From a virus (Duplodnaviria; Caudoviricetes), in the IMG/VR virus record IMGVR_UViG_3300038393_000743, positions 6,018 through 70,017 of that record: a stretch of DNA of 64,000 bases. One strand, written 5' to 3'. This document shows positions 7,522-16,297 of the stretch, one piece after another; position 1 is the first letter of the stretch; every line of letters begins with the position of its first letter. The translations under genes and the position numbers were made by a program. The notes beneath the pieces were generated by a model. The model did not search any database and was not told the origin of the DNA. It saw only the letters and a program-made list of their open reading frames with translations.

Positions 7522-8322
7522 ATGGCCCCACCTCGCAAGACCGCCAAATCCCAATCCCAAATCGCCGACGAGATCCGCGAAAAGGCCGACAAGGCCGCGG
7601 CCCGCGCCGCCAAGGCCCCGAAGGCCGACACCGTGAAGGCCGATGCGTCCAAATCTGACGCAGCCAGCGAGAAGCCCGCCAAGGCGCCGAAGGCCGAGAA
7701 GAACGCGCCCCGCGTCAGCAACGACGACCAGGACCGCGCCCTCTTCCTCCAGGCCCTCCCGAAGATCGCCAAGCTGACCGCCGACAAGGACGCCGCCGTC
7801 GCCGCGCTCCGCAACGCCTACAAGCAAGCCAAGGCCGACGGCTTCGCCAAGGGCGACTTCGACGAGGCCTTCAAGATGCAGGGACATGAGGGCGAGAAGG
7901 TCAAGAAGGCCGCGATCTCGCGTTCCCTGCGCATCGCGCGCTGGCTCGGCATGGATCTCGGCGCCCAGCTCGACATGTTCGAACAGGACGCGCGCGTGCC
8001 GGCGGTCGACCGGGCCTACGAGGAAGGCAAATCCCAGGCGATGCAGGGCCTCTCCCTGAAGTGCGACTATTCCCCCGACACCGAGCAGTACCGCACCTTT
8101 GCGGCCGGCTGGCATCATGGCCAGGAGATCCTCTCGAAGGGCTTCAAGAGGCTCCACCCCGAGGTCGCCGCCGACGAGAAGGCTAAGCTGATCAAGAAGG
8201 CCGAGCGCGAGGCGGCCCAGGCCGAGGACGCCAAGGCGTTCGACGCGCCGGCCTCCGGTGTCGCCATGACGCGGGCCGAATTTGAGAAGAAGAAGGCCCA
8301 GGAATCGCAGCAGACGCACTGA
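7522..8322 (+). CDS. Lys/Ala-rich N-terminus + GapR(DUF2312)-like domain + RMF-like C-terminal motif
   Basis: ALRNAYKQAKADGFAKGDFDEAFKM is GapR-like; RAYEEGKSQAMQGLSLKCDY...FAAGWHHG is RMF-like; GGAG RBS. Confidence 0.6.
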   Translation: MAPPRKTAKSQSQIADEIREKADKAAARAAKAPKADTVKADASKSDAASEKPAKAPKAEKNAPRVSNDDQDRALFLQALPKIAKLTADKDAAVAALRNAYKQAKADGFAKGDFDEAFKMQGHEGEKVKKAAISRSLRIARWLGMDLGAQLDMFEQDARVPAVDRAYEEGKSQAMQGLSLKCDYSPDTEQYRTFAAGWHHGQEILSKGFKRLHPEVAADEKAKLIKKAEREAAQAEDAKAFDAPASGVAMTRAEFEKKKAQESQQTH

Positions 8323-8324
8323 CC

Positions 8325-8804
8325 GTGACCGAGCCGTTTGTCAGTATCACTCTGATGGGGCCGCCTTTGGGAAAAGGGCGGCCCCGTTTCACGACCATCG
8401 GCGGGTTCGCACGCGCCTTCACGCCGAAGCAGACGCGCGACTATGAGAACGCGCTGAAGGCCGCAGGCATCGCGGCCATGAAGGGACGTCCGCACCTGGA
8501 CGAGGCGGTGTCGGTGGTGATTCGCGCGTTTATGCCGATCCCGGAGAGCTGGAGCCGCAAGAAGCGCGAAGCCGCGCTGGCGCATGAGATCATGCCCACC
8601 ACGAAGCCGGATTACGAAAATATTTCCAAGATGATCGACGGGCTCAACTACCACCCGCCCCGCTTCAAGGGTGACCGGGAGCGACGCCCGATCGTTTGGC
8701 GCGATGACAGCCAGATCGTGGCTGCGCAGTTCATCAAGGTCTACAGCGACCGGCCGCGGCTCGTGATCGATGTGTGGCGGTGGGATGCTGGCCGTGACGC
8801 TTGA
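8325..8804 (+). CDS. rusA: RusA family Holliday junction resolvase
   Basis: GKGRPRF, TKPDYENISK and WRDDSQIV motifs. Confidence 0.9.
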   Translation: MTEPFVSITLMGPPLGKGRPRFTTIGGFARAFTPKQTRDYENALKAAGIAAMKGRPHLDEAVSVVIRAFMPIPESWSRKKREAALAHEIMPTTKPDYENISKMIDGLNYHPPRFKGDRERRPIVWRDDSQIVAAQFIKVYSDRPRLVIDVWRWDAGRDA

Positions 8805-9030
8805 TCAAGTCCGCGAGCTGTTATTGCGCAGGGCCGCTCCCTTCGCGGCCAACAAGGGCAGCACCGGAATTTATGGGTGGTGTGAGGCGCACGGAGTGAA
8901 CCGGACGCACGTCTCGGATTTCATGAACGCCAAGAGGATGCCAGGAAACGATATGCTGGACGCCCTCGGTCTCGAATGGCGCGTGATGCGCAAGGTTGGG
9001 GAAAGACATGCGCGTAAGGTCGAGGCATAG
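8785..9030 (+). CDS. Small HTH-like protein
   Basis: GWCEAHGVNRTHVSDFMNAKRMPGNDMLDALGL. Confidence 0.6.
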   Translation: MLAVTLDQVRELLLRRAAPFAANKGSTGIYGWCEAHGVNRTHVSDFMNAKRMPGNDMLDALGLEWRVMRKVGERHARKVEA

Positions 9031-9595
9031 CGCCGAAGATCGCGGGCTGCAGCTTTACGAAACGGTGCCGGTAGCCACGCGCGCGATGCTCGCGAACGTG
9101 GACCTGCCGCATGGGCTCTGGGAGCCGCACTGTGGCAAGGGCGCGCTGGCCGACGTGCTGCTCGATGCCGGCCACGCGGTCTATTGCAGCGACATCGTCG
9201 ACCGCGGCTATCCGCTCCAGGCCGCGACCGGAAATTTCCTGAAATCCACAGGATGTCCACAGGGTATCGAGGGCATCGTGATGAACCCGCCGTTCGCGAC
9301 CGCGGCGCTCCACGTCAAGCATGCGCTGCAGCTGTGCCCGTTCGTGGTCGCGCTGCTGCCGCTGGCATTCCTGGAGGCCGGGCAGACCAAGACAGAGGCT
9401 GGTCGCGCGCGGTTATGGGTGCTGGATCATGGCCATCTGCTGCGCGTGCTGGTGTTTCGCGAGCGACTGCCGATGATGCATAGGGACGGGTGGCAGGGAA
9501 AACTGTCGACCAGCAACGTGCCCTATGCGTGGTTCATCTGGGATGGGGATTTTAAAGGTGACGCTTCGATCAGGAGGATTTCTTGGAAAAGCTGA
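9008..9595 (+). CDS. Amino-DNA methyltransferase (m6A/m4C type)
   Basis: WEPHCGKG SAM-binding motif, SDIVDRGY, catalytic NPPF. Confidence 0.88.
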   Translation: MRVRSRHSAEDRGLQLYETVPVATRAMLANVDLPHGLWEPHCGKGALADVLLDAGHAVYCSDIVDRGYPLQAATGNFLKSTGCPQGIEGIVMNPPFATAALHVKHALQLCPFVVALLPLAFLEAGQTKTEAGRARLWVLDHGHLLRVLVFRERLPMMHRDGWQGKLSTSNVPYAWFIWDGDFKGDASIRRISWKS

Positions 9596-10089
9596 GCACG
9601 TCAGATTTTGGTATGGCGGCCGTTCATCTCGTCTGCGCAGATCTGTTGATTTCTGGCTTCAGATGCTTCGTTGCCGGGGAGGGGTTGCGCTACGACGTCG
9701 TTATTGATGTTGGCCACCGTCTTTTCCGCATTCAAGTCAAAGGGACCAAGGGTCTTCGCGTCCGGCCGAGCCGACCAAACACACCCCCGCTCTATCGATT
9801 CGTGACGCGCCGCAACGGCGATAAGGAGCAAAATTTTTACAGCGATGCTGATGTCGACATTATTGCGTGCGTCGCGATGGATGTCAGGCGGATCGCCTAC
9901 TTTCCGGTGACAAAGGCCTTCCCAAAGATTCTGCACGTCCACCCGGTCGGCACTAAATCCTTCATCCGGAAGGGGGTGGAGCAGCGTCTCGTCATCGACC
10001 GCTTCCCGATTGATTTGGCAATGACGAATTTCCTGGAAGGACTCGGCGTCACAGGATTGACGCATATGCGGCGCGCGCGCATAAAGTGA
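9583..10089 (+). CDS. PD-(D/E)XK endonuclease (I-Ssp6803I / PDDEXK_5-like)
   Basis: G.AAVHLVCADLL...RYDVVIDV...RIQVKGT; lower GC than flanks; TTG start. Confidence 0.75.
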   Translation: MEKLSTSDFGMAAVHLVCADLLISGFRCFVAGEGLRYDVVIDVGHRLFRIQVKGTKGLRVRPSRPNTPPLYRFVTRRNGDKEQNFYSDADVDIIACVAMDVRRIAYFPVTKAFPKILHVHPVGTKSFIRKGVEQRLVIDRFPIDLAMTNFLEGLGVTGLTHMRRARIK

Positions 10090-10123
10090 AAGGCCCCGGA
10101 GTCGCGAAACTCTCGGGGCCTTT
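10089..10123. terminator. Bidirectional-type terminator hairpin
   Basis: AAAGGCCCCG...CGGGGCCTTT inverted repeat. Confidence 0.7.
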
Positions 10124-10236
10124 AAGCCAATCGTGGCAGCGATTGGGATTAGCAACAATGGGGTGTTGCTGACGGCAAAGTAGGGCGTTCGCCCGAATCC
10201 GTCAACAAGCCCCGGTCCAGTTTGGAAGTGGGGGCA

Positions 10237-11661
10237 ATGAACATCCATACACCGACGCAGTGGCAGCCAATTTCGGTGGAGGTCGAGCAGGCCGTCCTCG
10301 GCTCGGCCATGACCAACCCTGAAGCGTTCTCCAAGATCTCGGCGGTGGTCGAGAAGGAGCACTTCTACGATCCGTTTCACCAGCAGATCTTCGAGATCAT
10401 CTCGACGCTGTCGCAGATGGGCAAGCTGGTCAGCCCGCTGACCGTCCCCTCGTTCCTGCCGCCGGTGATCGGCGAGACCAAGGTCAAGACCAAGGTCTAC
10501 ATGGCGCGCCTCGCCGCCGAATCAGTGCCGCCGGACATCGCGCTCGGCTACGCCAAGCACGTCCGCGAGCTGGCGATGCGGCGGCGGATCTCCGAGATCG
10601 CCACCCAAATGGCCCCAGACGCGGCTACGGACGCCGCCCAGCTGGCTTCCGAGGCGATCGAGGCCTTGGACACCGTGGTCTCCTCCAGCTCCTCCTGGGC
10701 CCTCCCTGCGGTCTCGATGGCGGCCGTCATGACGCGGTCGGTCGATAAGATCGCAGACGCCTACCGCAACGAGGGCAAGATCATCGGCATCCCAACGGGC
10801 TTGCGCGACCTCGACCAAAAGCTCGGCGGCCTGCAGCGCGGCAACCTCGTGCTGCTGGCCGGGCGCCCCGGCATGGGCAAGTCCGCGATGCTGCTGGCGA
10901 TGCTGCGGCAGGCCGGCATCCGCGACTTCCGCTCCCTGGTGTTCTCGAAGGAGATGCCGGCGACCGAGCTGGGCGAGCGCATGATCTCGGACTACATCTT
11001 CGACCTGCCCATCACCCACGTCCCCTACAGCAACCTGCGCACCGGCAGCTTTCACGAGCAGATGTTCGACTACGTCCGCGAGGCGGCGATGGTGTGCTCC
11101 AAGCTTCCGATCGACGTCGAGGAGCAGTCCAACCTGACGATGTCGCAGATCCTGACGCGGGCGCGGCGCTACAAGCGGCGCCACGGCCGGCTCGACATCC
11201 TGGCGATCGACCACCTCGGCCTGATCCAGGCTTCCGACCGCTACCGCGGCAACCGGGTCAACGAGATCGGTGAAATCACCGCCGCGGCGAAGGCGGCCGC
11301 AAAGGAGCTGGATTGCGTTGTGGTGCTGCTGTCGCAGCTGTCGCGCAAGGTCGAGGAGCGTGCCGACAAGCGGCCGATCTTGGCCGACCTGCGCGATTCG
11401 GGCTCGATCGAGCAGGACGCCGACACGGTGATGTTTCTCTATCGGCCGACCTACTACCTCGCCAGCTCGGAGCCTGAGCCCGGCACCGAGGCGCACCTGC
11501 AATGGCAGCGCGACAGCGAGGCCGCCCACAACAAGCTGATCGCGATCATTGCCAAGCAGCGCATGGGCCCGACCGGGCAGGTCGAGCTGTTCTGCGACAT
11601 CGCCAGCAACGCCATCAGAAACCTCGGACATCAGCAGTATATGCCAGGAGCAGCGCAATGA
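10237..11661 (+). CDS. dnaB: DnaB-like replicative helicase
   Basis: EVEQAVLG N-terminal domain, Walker A GRPGMGKS, IDHLGL, LSQLSR, DLRDSGSIEQDAD, KQRMGP. Confidence 0.97.
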   Translation: MNIHTPTQWQPISVEVEQAVLGSAMTNPEAFSKISAVVEKEHFYDPFHQQIFEIISTLSQMGKLVSPLTVPSFLPPVIGETKVKTKVYMARLAAESVPPDIALGYAKHVRELAMRRRISEIATQMAPDAATDAAQLASEAIEALDTVVSSSSSWALPAVSMAAVMTRSVDKIADAYRNEGKIIGIPTGLRDLDQKLGGLQRGNLVLLAGRPGMGKSAMLLAMLRQAGIRDFRSLVFSKEMPATELGERMISDYIFDLPITHVPYSNLRTGSFHEQMFDYVREAAMVCSKLPIDVEEQSNLTMSQILTRARRYKRRHGRLDILAIDHLGLIQASDRYRGNRVNEIGEITAAAKAAAKELDCVVVLLSQLSRKVEERADKRPILADLRDSGSIEQDADTVMFLYRPTYYLASSEPEPGTEAHLQWQRDSEAAHNKLIAIIAKQRMGPTGQVELFCDIASNAIRNLGHQQYMPGAAQ

Positions 11662-12614
11662 GTGGTGAGGCAGTCGGTTGGGCCTTCCGCAAGGTCCATA
11701 TGGATGATTCGACAGCAAAGTTTGTGCTGGTCGCAATCTGTAATTACGCCAACGAGGAGGATCGTGCGTGGCCGTCGCATGCTGCGATTGCGCGGCTCAC
11801 TGGGCTGTCCAAGCGCACCATCCAAAACTCGATCCAGAAGCTGGAAGACTGGGGCATCATCAAGCGCGATCGGCGCGATCGGGAGAACGGCAGCGAGACG
11901 AGCGCGATGGTCTCGATAGACCTGGAGACCAGCTGGATCGTCAAAGGGGGTATAGCAACAGCTGCTATAGGGGGGGTGCAGCAGCTGCCACGGGGTATAG
12001 CAGCAGATTCCACCCTTGAAACCAAAGATAAACCACAGGGCAAAGCCCTTAACCGGTCGAAAAAGGATGAGGCTTACTCGGAAGACTTTCTAGCGCTCTG
12101 GCAGCAATACCCGAGAACCAGGAACACCTCGAAGAAGGATGCATGGAATTTCTACCGGGTGATGACCGACGAAAAGCAGGAGATGGTGCGCCGCGCCGTG
12201 CCGCTGTTCGCCGCGGCGATGCGCGCCGAGGCCCGCACCGAGGACAAGATCATGCACATGATCCGGTTCCTGCGCGGTGGCGTCTACGAGACCGTGGCGC
12301 CGCCGCTCGCCCCGGCGGCCGCGGGCGGCGCGGCCAAGCCGTTCTGGGAGACCGCGACGCGCCAGGATTGGGTCAGCGTGCTGCGGCAGTGGTCGATGAA
12401 CTGGAATTGGAAGGCCTACTGGGGCCCCGAGCCGGAGAACCCGCTGCGGCCGAACCCGGCTGGCGCGCCGAAGCACCATGTCCCGCAGGACATCCTCGAC
12501 CGCTTCGACCTGAAGTACCGCGGCCACCTGTATTCCCCGGCCGAATTGGCGGCGATCCAGGCCCGGGTCAATGCGGCGAGTAAACACGCAGTTGACAAAG
12601 AGCGCGCGGCGTGA
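11658..12614 (+). CDS. Phage replication initiator (N-terminal winged HTH)
   Basis: AKFVLVAICNYAN...AWPSHAAIARLTGLSKRTIQNSIQKLEDWG; F.ALWQQYPR domain; internal repeats. Confidence 0.85.
   Translation: MSGEAVGWAFRKVHMDDSTAKFVLVAICNYANEEDRAWPSHAAIARLTGLSKRTIQNSIQKLEDWGIIKRDRRDRENGSETSAMVSIDLETSWIVKGGIATAAIGGVQQLPRGIAADSTLETKDKPQGKALNRSKKDEAYSEDFLALWQQYPRTRNTSKKDAWNFYRVMTDEKQEMVRRAVPLFAAAMRAEARTEDKIMHMIRFLRGGVYETVAPPLAPAAAGGAAKPFWETATRQDWVSVLRQWSMNWNWKAYWGPEPENPLRPNPAGAPKHHVPQDILDRFDLKYRGHLYSPAELAAIQARVNAASKHAVDKERAA
11946..12014 (+). repeat. Putative origin iterons within the initiator gene
   Basis: Three imperfect ~22-23 bp direct repeats (GGGGTATAGCAACAGCTGCTATA / GGGGGGGTGCAGCAGCTGCCAC / GGGGTATAGCAGCAGATTCCAC) followed by an A-rich tract. 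Confidence 0.6.
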
Positions 12615-12656
12615 GACAACCGCGCCACTGAGAAACCCACCGAGCCGATAGGGCTC
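12580..12656 (+). promoter_or_regulatory. Promoter cassette B
   Basis: GTAAAC-ACGCA-GTTGAC (12580-12596); TTGACA-N17-GACAAC; GAGCC-GATAG-GGCTC (12642-12656); AAGGAG RBS. Confidence 0.85.
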
Positions 12657-12671
12657 AAGGAGCATCAACTC

Positions 12672-13778
12672 ATGAAGACCGGACGCAGCCTCACCGACCT
12701 CGCCGCCGAAATCGAACGCCGCGCCAACGGCAAGAAGGATCTGGTCGCCTCGACCAAGAACATGGAAGTGCAGACCATCTCTGCCGGTCCCGAGATCAAG
12801 GGCGTCGCCCTGGTCGTCGGCGAGGAGCGCCAGTTCGGCGTCAACGACATCGCCCACAGCCAGATCGCCGCGCACACCGAGATCCCGAAGGCCTATTACG
12901 ACCGCATGGTCAAGGAGGCCCCGAAGCTGCTCGCGACCAACGTCAACGAGTGGTTTGCCAAGTACCCGGCGCCGCGCATGGTCCGCACGCTGGACGGCAA
13001 CGCCCGCGCCTTCCTATCGGACAAGTTCTCGCCCGACATGGAGAACGAGGATCTGGCCGAGGCCGTGCTGCCGGTGCTGCTCGACATGAACCTGTCGATC
13101 ATGTCCTGCGAGGTCACCGACCGCCGGCTCTACATCAAGGCAGTCGACCCCAAGGTCGAGCGCGCGCTGGCGAAGACCGGGGCCCGGTTCGGCGACGGCG
13201 GCCACACCATCGTCCGCGTCACCTCGCCGGCGATCACGATCTCCAACTCCGAGGTCGGGATGGGCGCGCTGTCGATCCAGGGCGGCGTCTACGACCAGTT
13301 CTGCTCCAACCTCGCCTCGTTCGGCGAGCGCTCGATGCGCCGCGCCCATGTTGGCCAGAAGCAGACCATCGCCGAGGGCGAGCTGTACGCGATGCTGTCG
13401 GACAAGTCGAAGCGGCTCAACAATGCCGCGCTGTGGTCGACGGTGCGCGACGTGGTGCGTGCGGTGTTCGATCGCGCCAAGTTCGACGCCCTGGTCGACA
13501 AGATCGAGGGCTCGCACGCGGACAAGATTGGCGGAGACGTCGTCAAGGTGGTCGAGATGTCGACCCGCAAGCTGGGCCTGCTCGAATCCGAGGGTAAGTC
13601 CGTGCTGAAGCACCTGATCGAGGGCGGCGACCTGTCGCGCTTCGGGCTCTACAACGCGGTCACCCGCATGAGCCAGGACGTCGAGAGCTACGATCGCGCC
13701 ACCGAGCTGGAGCGCATTGGCGCCCAGGTCATCGAGCTGCCGAAGGCCGACTGGCAGGTTCTCGCCGAAGCGGCCTGA
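12672..13778 (+). CDS. DUF932/DUF945-like phage protein
   Basis: RTLDGNARAFLSDKF, ISNSEVG.GAL.I, FCSNL motifs. Confidence 0.8.
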   Translation: MKTGRSLTDLAAEIERRANGKKDLVASTKNMEVQTISAGPEIKGVALVVGEERQFGVNDIAHSQIAAHTEIPKAYYDRMVKEAPKLLATNVNEWFAKYPAPRMVRTLDGNARAFLSDKFSPDMENEDLAEAVLPVLLDMNLSIMSCEVTDRRLYIKAVDPKVERALAKTGARFGDGGHTIVRVTSPAITISNSEVGMGALSIQGGVYDQFCSNLASFGERSMRRAHVGQKQTIAEGELYAMLSDKSKRLNNAALWSTVRDVVRAVFDRAKFDALVDKIEGSHADKIGGDVVKVVEMSTRKLGLLESEGKSVLKHLIEGGDLSRFGLYNAVTRMSQDVESYDRATELERIGAQVIELPKADWQVLAEAA

Positions 13779-13839
13779 CGGCTACCCCGGGAGGGCTGTC
13801 CACCCCAGCCCCGCGGCCCTCCCGGGCCCCATTTTGGAG

Positions 13840-14271
13840 ATGCGGATGCCGTGGAACGTCTGGAGCCTGACCGAAAGCCGCTGGCTGCTGATGCAGAGCG
13901 TCAAGTCACGCAGCGCGGCGCAGGACGCCATCGACGTCTTCCTCAAGCGCGACAATCCGGGACACAAGCTGGAGCCGCGAATCGTCCGCTCGGCGCTGGA
14001 GACCAACGGCACCGGCGGCGTGCCGTTCAAGCCGGACGCGGTCTGGCGCATGGCGCTGCGCGACCTGGATGCCAGGGTCGGCAACGCCACCGCGGTGGTC
14101 GGCAAGATGCGGCACTATCACTTCCACCGTGACCACGTCCGTAAGGCGGCGACCGCCAACGACATCCTGCGCGCGGCGATTGCGGACCTGGAGAAGGGCC
14201 GCCAGTCCAGCAAGAAGCTGACGCGGCTGCTCTACACCGACGCCGAGCTGCTGAAGGCGGCGCTGCAATGA
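13840..14271 (+). CDS. Hypothetical protein
   Basis: GGAG RBS; MRMPWNVWSLTESRWLLMQ... Confidence 0.7.
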   Translation: MRMPWNVWSLTESRWLLMQSVKSRSAAQDAIDVFLKRDNPGHKLEPRIVRSALETNGTGGVPFKPDAVWRMALRDLDARVGNATAVVGKMRHYHFHRDHVRKAATANDILRAAIADLEKGRQSSKKLTRLLYTDAELLKAALQ

Positions 14272-14423
14272 GCGAGCGCGAAGAGGCCGCCAAGCTGGCC
14301 AAGGAGTACCGCAACTACGCCGACAAGATGCCGAACGATGCCTACCGCCGGCGCTGGGAGATCATCGGCCGGGCGCTCGACCACTACAGTAAGCATGCAG
14401 TTGACGAGGCGGCCGAGTCGTGA
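14268..14423 (+). CDS. Hypothetical protein (51 aa, not in ORF track)
   Basis: Manual translation MSEREEAAKLAKEYRNYADKMPNDAYRRRWEIIGRALDHYSKHAVDEAAES; ATGA overlap. Confidence 0.7.
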   Translation: MSEREEAAKLAKEYRNYADKMPNDAYRRRWEIIGRALDHYSKHAVDEAAES

Positions 14424-14453
14424 GATAACTTCGCCTGCGAGCCATTGGGGCTC
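14389..14453 (+). promoter_or_regulatory. Promoter cassette C
   Basis: GTAAGC-ATGCA-GTTGAC (14389-14405); TTGACG-N17-GATAAC; GAGCC-ATTGG-GGCTC (14439-14453). Confidence 0.85.
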
Positions 14454-14467
14454 TGGGAGATGCACCC

Positions 14468-15373
14468 ATGATCAACTTCCCCGCTGACGACCTCGACCAA
14501 GCCATCGCCAACGCCGGCGAAGTCCGCACCAATCCGGTGCGTGCGCCGGCAGATTACGCGCCGAAGTTCTGGGAGCCGTGCAGCCGCTGCCGCGGCACCG
14601 GCCAGACCCGCTGGGGCGTCTGCTTCAAGTGCAAGGGCGCCCGCGGCCAGGAGTTCAAGACCTCGGCCGCTCAGCGCGCGCAGAACCGCCAGCAGGCCCA
14701 GGTCCGCACCGAGCGCAAGCAGCAGGATGCCTGGACCGCCTTCGCCGCCGCCAATCAGGCCATTGCCGAGTGGATCATCGCCAACCGCGCCAAGTTTGAC
14801 TTCGCCGCCAAGATGAACGAGGCGGTGGTGCGCTATGGCGACCTCACCACGGGCCAGCGCGAGGCTGTGGAGCGTTGTATCGCCCGCGAGGTCGCCAAGG
14901 CCACCGAGCGCGCCCAGCGCGCCCAGGCGGCTCCGCTGGCCGATACGGCCGGCATCGACCGCCTCAAGGCCTCGTTCGACAAGGCCAAGGCCAAGGCCTA
15001 CGCCGCGGCCAAGGGCCTGACCCTGCGCACCCCGAAGATCACGATCGGCGGCGTCACCATCTCGCCGGCTAAGGCCGACGGCAAGAACCCCGGCGCGCTC
15101 TACGTCAAGGCCGGCACCACCTATCTCGGCAAGATCCAGAACGGCCGCCTGTTCGCCGCGCGCGAATGCACGAGCGAGCAGGAGAAGCAGGTGCTGGCGT
15201 TCATCGCCGACCCGGCCGAGGCCGCCAAGGTCTATGGCCAGACCACCGGCGTGTGCTGCGTCTGCAACGCCACGCTGAAGTCGAAGTGGAAGCACGCCGG
15301 CATCGGCCCGGTGTGCGCCGAGAAGATGGGCTGGGCCGCGATGGCGGAAGACTTCGGAGGGTTGCCGCAGTGA
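14468..15373 (+). CDS. DnaJ-type Zn-finger + DUF6011-like protein
   Basis: CSRCRGTG...CFKCKGARG; C-terminal CCVCNATL...GIGPVCAEK. Confidence 0.75.
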   Translation: MINFPADDLDQAIANAGEVRTNPVRAPADYAPKFWEPCSRCRGTGQTRWGVCFKCKGARGQEFKTSAAQRAQNRQQAQVRTERKQQDAWTAFAAANQAIAEWIIANRAKFDFAAKMNEAVVRYGDLTTGQREAVERCIAREVAKATERAQRAQAAPLADTAGIDRLKASFDKAKAKAYAAAKGLTLRTPKITIGGVTISPAKADGKNPGALYVKAGTTYLGKIQNGRLFAARECTSEQEKQVLAFIADPAEAAKVYGQTTGVCCVCNATLKSKWKHAGIGPVCAEKMGWAAMAEDFGGLPQ

Positions 15374-15546
15374 GGCGGATCCGGCTCACCCGCGCAGAGA
15401 TCGAGGCGTTGTGGGCTGCGGCCCGCAACATCGACCCCTGCATGTTCGAGGAGATGCCGGAGCCCGAGGGCGATCGGATGTTCAAGGCCTGGGAATCTGG
15501 CCTGGAGAAGCTGGGCCGAATGCTCGACCGGCACGAGGGGAAGTAA
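15370..15546 (+). CDS. Hypothetical protein
   Basis: GTGA overlap; MRRIRLTRAEIEALWAAARNID... Confidence 0.65.
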   Translation: MRRIRLTRAEIEALWAAARNIDPCMFEEMPEPEGDRMFKAWESGLEKLGRMLDRHEGK

Positions 15547-15547
15547 G

Positions 15548-15745
15548 ATGGGGCGCGCCTACAACGCTCGCGAGACCGCCGAGCACATGATCAAGAGCTA
15601 CCGCAGCCGTGACAAGGCGGCGATGGCAGCGGCCGACCACAAGCACAGCTACGACTACGGCGCGCCGCAGCGGGATTATTGGGAATCGGTGCTGCAGGCG
15701 ATCTACGCGAGTAAACTGACGGTTGACACGAAATCCGGTTCGTGA
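15548..15745 (+). CDS. Hypothetical protein
   Basis: 65-aa ORF; stop codon lies in cassette D. Confidence 0.7.
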   Translation: MGRAYNARETAEHMIKSYRSRDKAAMAAADHKHSYDYGAPQRDYWESVLQAIYASKLTVDTKSGS

Positions 15746-15774
15746 GACAACACTCGGGCGAGCCATTGGGGCTC
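15711..15774 (+). promoter_or_regulatory. Promoter cassette D
   Basis: GTAAAC-TGACG-GTTGAC (15711-15727); TTGACA-N17-GACAAC; GAGCC-ATTGG-GGCTC (15760-15774). Confidence 0.85.
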
Positions 15775-15787
15775 CGGAGAGCATCAC

Positions 15788-16297
15788 ATGATCAAGACCT
15801 ACACCGAATTTTGCCAGGGTAAGCTGGGCGCCGATTTCACTGGCGTCGTTCACTCTGACGTCGGCAAGCTGAACTACGGCGCGGTCGTCAACGGCGCGCT
15901 CTTGACGATGAAGAATGGCCGCAATCGCTGGTTCGCCAGCGCCTCGGCCGCCCGGCTCGCCATCAAGGCGGCCCAGCCGGCGCCCAGCTGGAAGCAGCGC
16001 GCGCTGGCTGCCACGAGCGGATCCCAGTTCGGCGCCATCGTCGCCGCGGCGCTCGGCGAGGAGATCCCGGCCCCCTGCTTCCGCGGCCGCCCCTCGATCA
16101 CCAGCGACGGCTACCTGATGTGCGATTTCGTCGACCGCGACGGCAACGGCCGCATGGGCGCCTTCGTCGGCTCGCTGGCCGACGTCGTCCGCAACACCTG
16201 CGGCCTTGCCGATCACCTCGGCCTCAAGGGTGCCGAGCGGGCCGACTACGTCGCCGCGATCAGCCGCTGGGTCGGCCGCAGCCTGGAGGTGGCGTGA
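15788..16297 (+). CDS. Hypothetical protein
   Basis: 169-aa ORF, GGAG RBS, strong GC3. Confidence 0.8.
   Translation: MIKTYTEFCQGKLGADFTGVVHSDVGKLNYGAVVNGALLTMKNGRNRWFASASAARLAIKAAQPAPSWKQRALAATSGSQFGAIVAAALGEEIPAPCFRGRPSITSDGYLMCDFVDRDGNGRMGAFVGSLADVVRNTCGLADHLGLKGAERADYVAAISRWVGRSLEVA

Noticed and set aside
8600-8630. RusA KPDYEN instead of KPDxDN as a sign of inactivation
   Set aside because: Conservative D-to-E change with the other motifs intact; not enough to claim loss of function
13787-13826. GC-rich hairpin after the DUF932-like gene as a terminator
   Set aside because: Strong stem but no adjacent U-tract and downstream genes look co-transcribed; more likely a stability or processing stem
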